DNA from: an uncultured delta proteobacterium
Lineage (GTDB): Bacteria; Desulfobacterota; Binatia; UBA9968
Reading direction: 5' to 3'
DNA: 64,000 bases
Assembly: GCA_963816145.1 (NCBI GenBank)
Contig: CAWFJP010000011.1
Span: 465,630-529,629, forward strand
Shown: positions 53,524 through 62,798 of the stretch, in pieces
Layout of the letters: every line of letters begins with the position of its first letter
How positions within the stretch are numbered: the first letter of the stretch is position 1
Position numbers and translations under genes: made by a program
The notes under the pieces: model-generated
The model's input: the letters and a program-made list of their open reading frames with translations, nothing else
Databases searched by the model: none
What the model was told of the DNA's origin: nothing

Positions 53524-54507
53524 TTAGTTGCGCTTCACCTGCTTCATCACTTCGGCGATCACATGATCGGCGGTGACGTTTTCCGCTTCAGCCTGGAAGT
53601 TGAGAATAATACGGTGGCGTAACGCCGGGTAGATAACCTTTTCCACATCCTCGTAACTGACATGCACACGCCCGTCAGCCAGAGCATTGCCCTTGGCGCC
53701 AAGGATCATCGCCTGCGCCCCGCGTGGGCTGGAGCCAAAACGAATATATTGTTTGATCGAGCCGGAACCTCCACCATTCTGACCGTTGCCTTGGGTCGCA
53801 TGCACTAGCCGAACGACATAATCTTCGATCGGCGGGGCGATCAGAACCTGGCGCAGTAGCTGCTTCATCTCATTGACCAACTTGCCACCGTCTTCGGGCA
53901 ATACTTTAGCGGCATCGCCAGTTGCAACGCCAGTGGTGCGCTTGAGGATTTCCCGCAGTTCGTCGGGCGCCGGCGGCGTCACCAGAAGTTTGAAGAAAAA
54001 GCGATCGAGCTGAGCTTCGGGCAACGGATAGGTACCCTCGAGTTCGATGGGATTCTGCGTCGCCAGCACGATGAACGGTGATTCGAGAATGTGCGACTCA
54101 CCGAACACGGTAACTTGTTTCTCTTCCATCGCCTCCAGCACGGCCGATTGAGTCTTCGGCGTCGCTCGATTGACCTCGTCGGCTAACACAACATGGGCGA
54201 AGATCGGTCCCTTTTTGAACTGAAACTCACGCCGGCCGTTGGCCTCGGTCAACACCTCGGTGCCGACGATATCTGACGGCATCAAGTCCGGCGTGAATTG
54301 AATGCGTTTGAAGGACATACCGAGGGCATGACTCAACGATTTAACGAGTAGAGTTTTGCCCAAGCCCGGCACCCCTTCGAGAAGCACATGGCCGCCGGAG
54401 AAAAAAGCGACCAACACTTTGCGGATCACCTCTTGGTAGCCGACGATGACTTTCTGCACTTCTGCTTCGATACGCTTGAAAGTTTGTTGAAACTGTTCCG
54501 GCTCCAT
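53524..54507 (-). CDS. moxR: MoxR-family AAA+ ATPase
   Basis: GHVLLEGVPGLGKT, RIQFTPDLMPSD, LADEVNRA.PKTQSA, ATQNPIE.EGTYPLPEAQLDRF, SPRG, LRHR. Confidence 0.95.
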   Translation of the reverse strand: MEPEQFQQTFKRIEAEVQKVIVGYQEVIRKVLVAFFSGGHVLLEGVPGLGKTLLVKSLSHALGMSFKRIQFTPDLMPSDIVGTEVLTEANGRREFQFKKGPIFAHVVLADEVNRATPKTQSAVLEAMEEKQVTVFGESHILESPFIVLATQNPIELEGTYPLPEAQLDRFFFKLLVTPPAPDELREILKRTTGVATGDAAKVLPEDGGKLVNEMKQLLRQVLIAPPIEDYVVRLVHATQGNGQNGGGSGSIKQYIRFGSSPRGAQAMILGAKGNALADGRVHVSYEDVEKVIYPALRHRIILNFQAEAENVTADHVIAEVMKQVKRN

Positions 54508-54524
54508 CACACTCCCGTTTCCGA

Positions 54525-55922
54525 TCAACGAATGATGCCACGGTACTCGATCGGCAGGTGCTGTCTTTCCGTGGGGGCATTGGGCAAATGGGCAGGCAGT
54601 GGTGCATTGCTCACGGGCACTTGCGGGCGCGCCCGATTGCCTTTGCCGCCCTCTTTGGTCGCTTTGCCCTCGGCGTTGCTGTCCGCCACCACATCCTCTG
54701 GCAACTGAACGGTGACATAGCCCGCGCCTTTGATGCCGCCCTCCCGGCCCTCGCTGGCTTTGTAAAATCGTTCCGCCGGGGGTGCCCCTTGGGGCGGTTC
54801 TTCCGGCGATTGATTTTTCCCCGCTCCCTCTTTTGAAGCACCTTGGTTTTTGCCAACTTTTTCGCTGTTCTGTTCCTTGCCCGGTTGATTGGGGTCGCGC
54901 TGGTCGCTCTTGGTGTCGCCCTGCGCTTGCTGGTTTTTCTCTTCGCCTTTTTCCTTGGGGTTGCCCTGCGCCGACTTGCCCTGTTTCATGTCATTGCTCA
55001 TCTGCGCACTCTGTTCACCCTTGCTATCCGAACCGCCGCCCTCGCTCTGCTTGCCTTCCCCTTTGCCTTCCTGCGGCAGATTGCTTTGAATCCCGCCGCC
55101 GCCTTTGTCTTGGTTTTTCTTCTGTTCGTCCCCACTCGACGATTGTTGCTGCTCGGTACCCCTGAGCGAATTGGCCGCTTGACTGAGCAGATCACGGTTT
55201 TCTTTTTCTGGTTCTTTTTTCTGCTGCTCTTCGATCCTTTTCTCGAGCTCTTCGACCGCCGCTTGCTTCTCCTCCGGCCTCGCTTTCGGATTGTCGAGCT
55301 CGGCCGCTAGCGCCTGTAACTCCTGCGCTAGCGATTTGAGGGTTTCCTTTTGCACCATCTTTGCTGCGATTTGGCGCAATTGCTGTTGCACGCTCGGCGG
55401 ACGAATAACCGACTCAGCCACGGGAATCAGAAAGTGAAACAACATTGCCGCGGCCAGCGAAACTGCCAAGGAGCGGTAAAAGGAATTCTTAAATCGGTAG
55501 GGAAAATCCCGGCCCAACTGGATGCGCTCGCCGAAACGCGACGCCTCATGGCGCAAGCGCGCAACAAAGTTCTCCGGTTGCGCCGCGGTCGCCAGCGTCG
55601 CCAAGGTAAGAAATCGGTCCTTGGACTCTGCCTGCCCGTCGATTAGCTGCGCTGTCGCCGGAACCGAAGGAACTAACGGTCGATAGCGTAAGATCACCGC
55701 GAGCACAGCAACCCCCGCGAGCGCAAGTGCGACGAGCAAAAACGCCAGCGGCGACATCCAAGCGACGCGATAAAAGGAAAACGCGATGAACACCGCCGCC
55801 AATACCGGAGGGACGAAGATCAACAAGGAATCCCATAGCACATGACTACGCAGGCGCGCCGCCAGGCGAGCGACCAGATTTTCCGGTCTTTCCCCCTCAG
55901 AACCATGGTTTTGAGATGACAT
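54525..55922 (-). CDS. Membrane protein with coiled coil and Q/G/E/K-rich low-complexity tail
   Basis: Three hydrophobic segments, ID......DRF.T motif, C-terminal P.E...LP.EYR; upstream of moxR. Confidence 0.75.
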   Translation of the reverse strand: MSSQNHGSEGERPENLVARLAARLRSHVLWDSLLIFVPPVLAAVFIAFSFYRVAWMSPLAFLLVALALAGVAVLAVILRYRPLVPSVPATAQLIDGQAESKDRFLTLATLATAAQPENFVARLRHEASRFGERIQLGRDFPYRFKNSFYRSLAVSLAAAMLFHFLIPVAESVIRPPSVQQQLRQIAAKMVQKETLKSLAQELQALAAELDNPKARPEEKQAAVEELEKRIEEQQKKEPEKENRDLLSQAANSLRGTEQQQSSSGDEQKKNQDKGGGGIQSNLPQEGKGEGKQSEGGGSDSKGEQSAQMSNDMKQGKSAQGNPKEKGEEKNQQAQGDTKSDQRDPNQPGKEQNSEKVGKNQGASKEGAGKNQSPEEPPQGAPPAERFYKASEGREGGIKGAGYVTVQLPEDVVADSNAEGKATKEGGKGNRARPQVPVSNAPLPAHLPNAPTERQHLPIEYRGIIR

Positions 55923-55966
55923 CTTATGAACCATAACATTTCACCGGCGATAGCTTAAATGCGCGC

Positions 55967-57007
55967 TTATCGGTTTCTTGCTAAGGTTTTCTTGACTTGC
56001 GCGCGCGGCGACTCGCGCACTGGCTGGTAGGTTTTTACCCGCTGATTATGCTCTTCGATGGTTTCGGAAAAAATGTGGGTGCCGTCGTTCTTCGAAACGA
56101 AGTAGAGATACGGCACATCCGCCGGATTGAGAACCGCCTTGATCGAGGACAGGCTCGGATTACAGATCGGCCCTGGCGGCAGCGCGCTGATCCGATAGGT
56201 GTTGTAGGGATTTTCGTCACGGAGGTCTTTTTTGGTTAGGTTGCCGTCGAAATCTTTTAGGCCGTAGATCACCGTTGGGTCGCTCTGCAACGGCATCTGC
56301 CGCTTGAGCCGGTTGTAAAACACCGCCGCGATCAAACCACGCTCCGCTTCCACGCCGGTCTCTTTCTCGACGATTGACGCCAACGTCAGGAGCTCATGGG
56401 TGGTGAGCTGCCCTTGCGAGCCCGCTCTGGTCAGAAGTGGTTGAGACGACTTCCGAAACTGCTCAACCATTGCGTTAATAATGTCCCGTTCCGGTGTCCC
56501 CGGTGTAAAATGATAGGTGCTTGGGAAAAGATACCCTTCGAGACCTCGATCGCTGAGCCCAAGCGAGCCAAGCACACCGGGGTCGGCGGCGGCGGCGAGA
56601 AATTTCTCTCTATCGGCGATCTGCATCTTGTCTAGAAGGTCGGCGATCTCCTTGATCGTCATCCCCTCAGGGATCGTCACGCTGTGAAAAATTCCCTTGC
56701 CGGCAACCAACCGCTCCAAAACTTCCCATGGCGCGACGCTGCTCTCGAAGCGGTACAGCCCCTGATGAACTTTTTTCTCCGAACCGGTGAAACGGGCCCA
56801 CAAAGAGAAAAACAAACCGTTCGAAATCACCTGTTGCTCGCGCAACTTGCGCGTCACGGTGGCAAAAGAATCGCCAGGCTCGACTCGCACTTCAGTTGGA
56901 TAGGCGCCGCTGGCGGAACGGGAATAATAAATATTGTAAAAGAACAGCAGCGCCACCAATGGCAACGCCAGCGCGGTAGAAAGCAGTGCGGTACGGAGGA
57001 TTTTCAC
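55967..57007 (-). CDS. mltG: Endolytic transglycosylase MltG
   Basis: VTIPEG, LEGYLFP.TY, LASIVEKET, VFYNRL...M.LQSDPT, NPYNTY...LPPGPICNP, YLYFV. Confidence 0.97.
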   Translation of the reverse strand: MKILRTALLSTALALPLVALLFFYNIYYSRSASGAYPTEVRVEPGDSFATVTRKLREQQVISNGLFFSLWARFTGSEKKVHQGLYRFESSVAPWEVLERLVAGKGIFHSVTIPEGMTIKEIADLLDKMQIADREKFLAAAADPGVLGSLGLSDRGLEGYLFPSTYHFTPGTPERDIINAMVEQFRKSSQPLLTRAGSQGQLTTHELLTLASIVEKETGVEAERGLIAAVFYNRLKRQMPLQSDPTVIYGLKDFDGNLTKKDLRDENPYNTYRISALPPGPICNPSLSSIKAVLNPADVPYLYFVSKNDGTHIFSETIEEHNQRVKTYQPVRESPRAQVKKTLARNR

Positions 57008-57055
57008 GTCTTCAAGTTGCGCGATGGGAGCGTGGCGTGTGCCGATCGATGGCGC

Positions 57056-57631
57056 TCAATTCTCGGTCACGTGGATTTTCATCCAACCTTTAATTTGCCG
57101 AAGGAAGCCCGCGAATGGGTCTTCCCCCGGCGCCGCCGCGAAGTAGGTCTTGCCCATGAAGTCAAGCGCACCGGAGTAGTACTCGAACTTAGTCGAAAGT
57201 TCTTGGTAGAGATAATAACCGGTCCTGTACAGCGCAAGATCGAGTTCGGAAACCGTCCAATACGAGCGGCTGCCCTCTTGAATGTAAAAATCCAGAGAGC
57301 CCTTGGCGTCGATGTACTTGCGAAAAACTCCGCTCATGAACAGCGCGTAATCGCCGACGTACTTTCGTAACATACGCTGGCGCAGAACGTCGGCCTCGTC
57401 GGCCGGCACTGCCGACGCTTGCGCCAGCATCTCAACGACGCTGTCGATCTTGCGTCCACCGCGGCCGCGCATCTTGTAGAGATTGTCGGCCAGCGCGAAG
57501 TCGGCCAAAACTTGGGCGACATACTGCGCCACGGTGGCGTCATAAATCCCCACTTGCCAAAAGCTCTGACGCACCACCTGGAGAAAGTAACTCTGCAAGC
57601 TATTGTTCGGTGCCCTACTTTCCTCCGGCAT
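57056..57631 (-). CDS. Conserved hypothetical protein
   Basis: Y...VL..F...LY, V.EML, RKYVGDY.LFMSG.F, Y...G..SY pattern; TTGCAG-N16-TATCCT promoter 7 nt upstream. Confidence 0.78.
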   Translation of the reverse strand: MPEESRAPNNSLQSYFLQVVRQSFWQVGIYDATVAQYVAQVLADFALADNLYKMRGRGGRKIDSVVEMLAQASAVPADEADVLRQRMLRKYVGDYALFMSGVFRKYIDAKGSLDFYIQEGSRSYWTVSELDLALYRTGYYLYQELSTKFEYYSGALDFMGKTYFAAAPGEDPFAGFLRQIKGWMKIHVTEN

Positions 57632-57784
57632 CGGCAAAAGGATACCAGACTTGCGCGCTACTGCAAAGTTATATGCTCCATTGCTTTTGCAATGAATCAC
57701 TCGATCTCAGCCTGGCGCTTTTTTCCGGCATAGATATAATAGCCCGCACTGAATCCGGTCGAATTGAACGTGCGGGGGTATATC

Positions 57785-58300
57785 ATGGCGAAAGACTTGA
57801 AAGAAGATTTTTTTCGGCTTGACGGCGCCTGGGCGTCTTTCGAACTGATGTCGATCCGGCGGCGTCAGGACTATCTCAAACCCTTCCGAGTCCTACGCTG
57901 CAAGATCGACGACCAAGTGGATTTTCAAGCCGTCGAAAGCCATCGCAGCCGCACCGAAGCTACCGTACTCATCGAAGTTTTCGGCGATGAAGAGCTCGTC
58001 GCCGCGGGTGGCCGCGGCCCGGTACACGCCGTCGACAACGCCATGCGCAAGATCCTTGAGAAACATTATCCCCAATTATCGGAGGTAAGGCTGGAAGAGT
58101 TCGACGTGCGCCTCTTAGATGGGGTGGCCACCGATGACGAAGAAAAAGGCGCCGGGGCGCTGGTGCGAGTGCTGGCGATCTTCGCCGACGGCAACGAACG
58201 TTGGGGTACCGTCGGCGTCGCCGCCGATATTCTCCAGGCGAGCGTCGAGTGCATCATCGACGGATTGGAGTGGAAACTTCGCGGTGAGCACAAGCATTGA
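57785..58300 (+). CDS. Stand-alone CimA/LeuA-type allosteric regulatory domain protein
   Basis: ASFEL, EATV, G.GPV.A.DNA.RK.L...YP.L.EV.L, VRVL....DG...WGTVGV...I..AS...DG.E.KL match the citramalate synthase C-terminus; no TIM-barrel domain. Confidence 0.85.
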   Translation: MAKDLKEDFFRLDGAWASFELMSIRRRQDYLKPFRVLRCKIDDQVDFQAVESHRSRTEATVLIEVFGDEELVAAGGRGPVHAVDNAMRKILEKHYPQLSEVRLEEFDVRLLDGVATDDEEKGAGALVRVLAIFADGNERWGTVGVAADILQASVECIIDGLEWKLRGEHKH

Positions 58301-58367
58301 GACCGGGTGCGCCCCCTACCAGGTCCCGGGAAAAGTTGTCTTGCTTCGTTCGCTACATAGCCACCCG

Positions 58368-58829
58368 GTGATAATTCAAGCGAAGCCACCACGGCAACCT
58401 GGAACTTTAAGTTTTTTCGCCGTAATGCTCAGTGTGTTGACCACCTGCGGTTTGCAAAACCGGCTAATCTTTCATCCCAGCACGGAGATTTTACGCACAT
58501 CGCGCGACGTTGGGTTGGAACATCAGGACATCTACTTCACCACGGCGGACAACGTTCGTCTCAACGGCTGGTTCGTTCCCCACCCGCAGGCCAGCGTGAC
58601 GATGATTTGGTTTCATGGCAATGCCGGCAACATCGCCGACCGGGTGGACAACATCAAGCTGCTGCACGACAAGACAGGCATCGGCATTCTTATATTTGAT
58701 TACCGCGGCTACCGCCGCAGCCCCGGCAGATCCTCGGAAACGACAACCTATCTCGACGGCGGCGACCCCCTACTAAGAGCAGTTAAGCAGCTTGATCGAA
58801 AACCCAAGCTAGAATTACTTTGCATCTGA
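58368..58829 (+). pseudogene. Truncated alpha/beta hydrolase (Bem46/ABHD-like)
   Basis: LIFHP, T.D.V.L.GWF.P, FHGNAGNI, FDYRGY; homology ends after TYLDG, before the nucleophile motif. Confidence 0.8.
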
Positions 58830-58877
58830 GTACAGGATATCGCGACGTCGCGAGGAAGCACACGCGCTGGCGCCGGC

Positions 58878-60617
58878 CTAGTCAAAATCCCGGACCGCCG
58901 CATTGCGCGCAGGCGCGTAAGCATCACGCACATACTGGAACAGCATGCGCTGGGTGTTGAAGAATGAACCGTTCAGCGCGATGGCCGAACGCATCACTTG
59001 GGCGAATTTATCCGGCTCCTGGTAATAGAGCGGCAAAATCACCGCTTCGAGCTTGCGGTACATGGACTGCGCCTCGGCGGCGGAATCGTTCTCCGCGTTA
59101 ACCGCATCGCCGATGGACCACCCGGTCGCACCTTCGATATGGCCTTCGATCCACCAACCGTCGAGCACGCTAAAGCTGGGCACGCCGTTGAGCGCCGCCT
59201 TCATGCCGCTGGTACCCGAGGCTTCTTGGGGCCGCATCGGCGTATTGAGCCAAACATCCACCCCAGAGCATAGTAGTTTGCCCAGGGCCATGTCGTAGTT
59301 CTCGAGGTAAACCACGCGCACGCTGTTGGCCAGCGAGGCCGCAGCTTCGAAGATGCGCCGTATGATCGCCTTGCCGCCATCGTCGCGCGGATGGGCTTTG
59401 CCGGCATAGACGAGCTGGATCGGTCCCACTCGCTCACTGACGCTTTTGAGCTGCTCGATGTCCGTGAACAACAAATCGCCGCGCTTGTAGCCGGTGGCGC
59501 GGCGAGCAAATCCCAGAGTAAAAACTTTTTCGTCGAACTGAATCCCGGTGAGCCAGCGGACTTGGCGCAGCAGCTCTTGCTTGGCCTGAGCATGAGTCTG
59601 GCGAATTTCGCTCAAAGGAATTCCCACGGCGTAGCGCAGAAAACAGTTGTCTTCACGCCACTTTGGCAGCGTCCGGTCAAACAGCGCCGCCATCGGCGCC
59701 GCGGTCCAGGTGGTCGCGTGAACCCCATTGGTGATGGCTTCGATGTGATGATTGGGAAACATGTCGCGGGACACTTCGCCGTGGCGCATCGACACGCCGT
59801 TGACGTATCCCGAAAAACGTAGTGCCAGCTCGGTCATATTGAGCGAGCCATTAATGACCTGGAGGTCGCTCAGCGCACCGGCGCGTGTATCGCCCAACAC
59901 TTGGTACACCAAATCAGCAGGAAAACGATCATGGCCCGCCGACACCGGTGTATGGGTCGTGAAAACGCATTGACGACGGACTGACTCGATTTCGTTCTCC
60001 GCATAGCGCCGTTCACCCACCGCGCCGGCCTGTTCTTCCAACAGCGCCAGCGTCGCCAGCGCCGAATGGCCCTCGTTCATGTGGAACACGCGGACGTTTC
60101 TGTAACCGAGAGCCCGCAGCATCAGCACGCCGCCGATCCCTAGGATCGTTTCTTGGCACAGTCGATATCGTTCATCGCCGCCGTAGAGATAATCGGTTAA
60201 GCTGCGGTCGCTGGAATCGTTTTCCGGCAGGTCGGCGTCGAGAAAAATCAGCGGCACAGTGTGGCCGGTGACGCCGGCGAAAAGATACTGCCAGGCGCCG
60301 ATCTGTACCGGTCGGCCACAGATGTTTAGCGTCACCTTCTCCGTTAGCCGTTTTAGGTGCCGCTCCGGCGACCACGTCACCGGACTTTCCATTTGATTGC
60401 CGTGGGAGTCGAGCCGCTGATGGAAGTAGCCCTTACGGTGCAGTAAGGACAATGCCACCATCGGCAGGGAGAGGTCGGCCGCGGAGCGTAACATATCGCC
60501 AGCCAGAACCCCCAAACCGCCGCTGTAGGTGGGAATATCGGAGTGGACCGCGACGTCCATGGAGAAATAAGCGATCGTCCCCTCTTGGGGCAAAGCAGCT
60601 GTGATATCCACTCTCAT
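58878..60617 (-). CDS. glgP: Alpha-glucan phosphorylase
   Basis: YSGGLGVLAGD, HMNEGH, FTTHTPV.AGHD, ITNGVH, FARR...YKR, AGKAHP, EASGTSGMKA, LDGWW. Confidence 0.96.
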   Translation of the reverse strand: MRVDITAALPQEGTIAYFSMDVAVHSDIPTYSGGLGVLAGDMLRSAADLSLPMVALSLLHRKGYFHQRLDSHGNQMESPVTWSPERHLKRLTEKVTLNICGRPVQIGAWQYLFAGVTGHTVPLIFLDADLPENDSSDRSLTDYLYGGDERYRLCQETILGIGGVLMLRALGYRNVRVFHMNEGHSALATLALLEEQAGAVGERRYAENEIESVRRQCVFTTHTPVSAGHDRFPADLVYQVLGDTRAGALSDLQVINGSLNMTELALRFSGYVNGVSMRHGEVSRDMFPNHHIEAITNGVHATTWTAAPMAALFDRTLPKWREDNCFLRYAVGIPLSEIRQTHAQAKQELLRQVRWLTGIQFDEKVFTLGFARRATGYKRGDLLFTDIEQLKSVSERVGPIQLVYAGKAHPRDDGGKAIIRRIFEAAASLANSVRVVYLENYDMALGKLLCSGVDVWLNTPMRPQEASGTSGMKAALNGVPSFSVLDGWWIEGHIEGATGWSIGDAVNAENDSAAEAQSMYRKLEAVILPLYYQEPDKFAQVMRSAIALNGSFFNTQRMLFQYVRDAYAPARNAAVRDFD

Positions 60618-60734
60618 TTGACGAATTTAGCGATCAAACGACTAACGGGGTATTATTTATGGCGAAATGTGGCAGGAGTCGGTTCCTGGATATCTCAATA
60701 AATTTTCATGACTATAGCACCATTGATATTGTTG

Positions 60735-60825
60735 AGCAATTCTGTGCCAAACCAATCCTGGTCCGCTTATCGATCGCTTCACGCAAATCCAGTGCCTGCG
60801 GGCAGTATCTGATAACTTGTTGAAA
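60735..60825 (-). promoter_or_regulatory. sigma54 promoter with upstream IHF-like site for glgP
   Basis: TTGGCACAGAATTGCT (-24/-12) at 60735-60750; TAACTTGTTGAAA at 60813-60825. Confidence 0.78.
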
Positions 60826-60919
60826 ACGCGCGGAAACCAGCGTAGCGGGTGGCCGAATTTGTTACTCACTCAAGGGCATGCCGTGACGGGATTGTCGGGT
60901 CGGCATTAGCGCCCGAGAG

Positions 60920-61636
60920 TTAACCCAATTGAAAAGCATCACACAGCGAATGCCAAGAGTCGTGCTCGGCGAGCGTCCGCAAGACCGCGATAGTCGGCGG
61001 CATCATCGGAAAGTTACTGGCTTGGCCGCGGTCGATCGCCGCTTGTGGCGCCACCCAAAGACTCTCGGACACCTCTTCGGAGCTATGTAGAGGTTCTTGC
61101 CCTTGGGGCAAAGCCGCCAAATAGAAACGGGTGTCGAAGCGCACCGGATAATGTTCCGGCGTGATCCGATGAAAAAAATAGCTGAGCGGCCCGACATCGC
61201 AATACAATCGCTCAGCTGCCATGAGGGTGGGCAAATCAAGCTTTCCCTGTTGCAGTTCGGCGCGCTTTTGCGCCAGGCGCCCGGCAAGGTTGGTTGAATC
61301 TATCACTGGTTCGTTGTGCTGGGGCACAAAAAAATGAATGCCCGCCTCTTCAAATAATTCCCGTACCGCGGCGACCCAGTAGCCCAGACAGACCTCCGGA
61401 CCAGCCTCGCTGCCGAGTTTTTGCTGTGCGGCTTCGGGCGTAACCCCGCGGACCAAATTGAGCATGGGCGACGACCAATCCGTGCTTTCGACCCGCCCGC
61501 CCGGGAAAACATAGACACCGGCGTAGGTATCCATTTTCTCCGGTCGCCGATTCATGAAAATCTCGAACCCGTGATCTTCGCTCGGTCGAACCAAAACGAC
61601 GGTCGAAGCTGGCATGGGTGTGGATGGCTGTGCCAT
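60920..61636 (-). CDS. NUDIX hydrolase
   Basis: ASTV.L.R, YVFPGG.V...D, AAVRELFEEAG, ITP....RFDTRFYLA, PPT. Confidence 0.92.
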   Translation of the reverse strand: MAQPSTPMPASTVVLVRPSEDHGFEIFMNRRPEKMDTYAGVYVFPGGRVESTDWSSPMLNLVRGVTPEAAQQKLGSEAGPEVCLGYWVAAVRELFEEAGIHFFVPQHNEPVIDSTNLAGRLAQKRAELQQGKLDLPTLMAAERLYCDVGPLSYFFHRITPEHYPVRFDTRFYLAALPQGQEPLHSSEEVSESLWVAPQAAIDRGQASNFPMMPPTIAVLRTLAEHDSWHSLCDAFQLG

Positions 61637-61709
61637 AGTTAAGCGACTTAGCTAAAACGCGACCCCGCTGCAACTCTCGGCAGATATCGTCCGTACAGTG
61701 AAAGTTTGC

Positions 61710-62456
61710 CTACAGGCGCGGCGACGGCTTGCCGATATGAATATGCGCCCCGGTGGCGGCGCCGGGAACGGCGCCGCGAAAGGCTATAAATGGAATCCCG
61801 GCTTGACGTAAATAATTGAGCACCGACTGGCCTTCGCGGCTTTCGGGATGAAGCGCCACGTCGACCGCGTTATGGTGGTCGAATCTCATGCCTTTGTGGG
61901 TCGTTGTCTGACCGAGCGCGCTGATCGGCAGCCCGCGGCCGAAAGTGCTGGTAAAAAATCTTTCGATTTTGGCAACCTCAGCCACGGTAAATTCCGCCGC
62001 ACCGTTGAAGCGCAATAAGCTACTCGTTTCGCTATAGCCGCCGAGGGCCAAACCGGGCAGCCGCAGCAATTCATCGCGCATAGTAAACTCGGTGAGAGCG
62101 GTATCGGTTTCCGCAAGAAAGCGTTTGTCGTCCTGTATCCGCAACATCGTCTGCGCCAGGGCTTGCTCTGCCTGAATCACGTCGTTGCGAGAAATCAAGC
62201 CTTGGTAATAAAGTTTCCGCCGCCGCTCATACTCGTCGGTCACGCGTTTGAGTTCCGCCTCATGGAGCGCCAAGAGCTTTTCGGCACCGGCGCGGGTCTC
62301 TTTGGTTTTTTGCAGCACTTCGGTGCGCGAGCGCGCAAGCTCGGAATCAACTGCGGAAGACCGCTGGGTTCTCGGCCCACCCTGGCCAAAGGCCAACGAT
62401 GGCGCCAATAATGCCAATATATAAAATCCAGCGATGGTTCGTTGGCGGGCTATCAT
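61710..62456 (-). CDS. Exported coiled-coil protein with putative Zn-peptidase-like C-terminal domain (paralog A)
   Basis: Signal peptide (SLAFG/Q), coiled coil, GQ..TH...FDH..AVDV.LHP...HIHIG; TTGACG-N17-TAGACT upstream. Confidence 0.8.
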   Translation of the reverse strand: MIARQRTIAGFYILALLAPSLAFGQGGPRTQRSSAVDSELARSRTEVLQKTKETRAGAEKLLALHEAELKRVTDEYERRRKLYYQGLISRNDVIQAEQALAQTMLRIQDDKRFLAETDTALTEFTMRDELLRLPGLALGGYSETSSLLRFNGAAEFTVAEVAKIERFFTSTFGRGLPISALGQTTTHKGMRFDHHNAVDVALHPESREGQSVLNYLRQAGIPFIAFRGAVPGAATGAHIHIGKPSPRL

Positions 62457-62798
62457 TTTATCGGCACGAGTTTAAACATTTAGTAAAGTCTATGAATTAA
62501 GCAACGTAGCGTCAAGCGCGCACCTTTTCGCCTTGGTTCCCGCTATTGTGACGCGTCAAAACAGCAAGATAAGTTTTTGGCGTTACTACTCCTTACCCAG
62601 TAACGATTGGCACCGCCTCGCGACTTGGCCTTGTGGCGCGACAACGACGCGCTCGAATTTAGGAATGACTTTGAAACTGCACACTTGGGTGTCTTCACGA
62701 CCGCAGGATCGTCCTTCGTGCAGCAACCGCTAAGCGCAACAGCGGAATTCGGGTTAATGGGCCTAATTGCCAGCTAGCGGAATAATTGAGAATTCAGA

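Noticed and set aside
54560-55260. Low-complexity repetitive DNA
   Set aside because: Encodes the Q/G/E/K-rich protein tail; no regular repeat-spacer structure, so not CRISPR
60657-60869. 70-aa minus-strand ORF upstream of glgP
   Set aside because: Overlaps the sigma54 promoter and IHF-like site; no protein-like features
62457-62798. 340-nt gap between the tandem paralogs as riboswitch or ncRNA
   Set aside because: Only a sigma70-like promoter and a small hairpin (CGTTACT...AGTAACG) seen; no recognisable aptamer consensus
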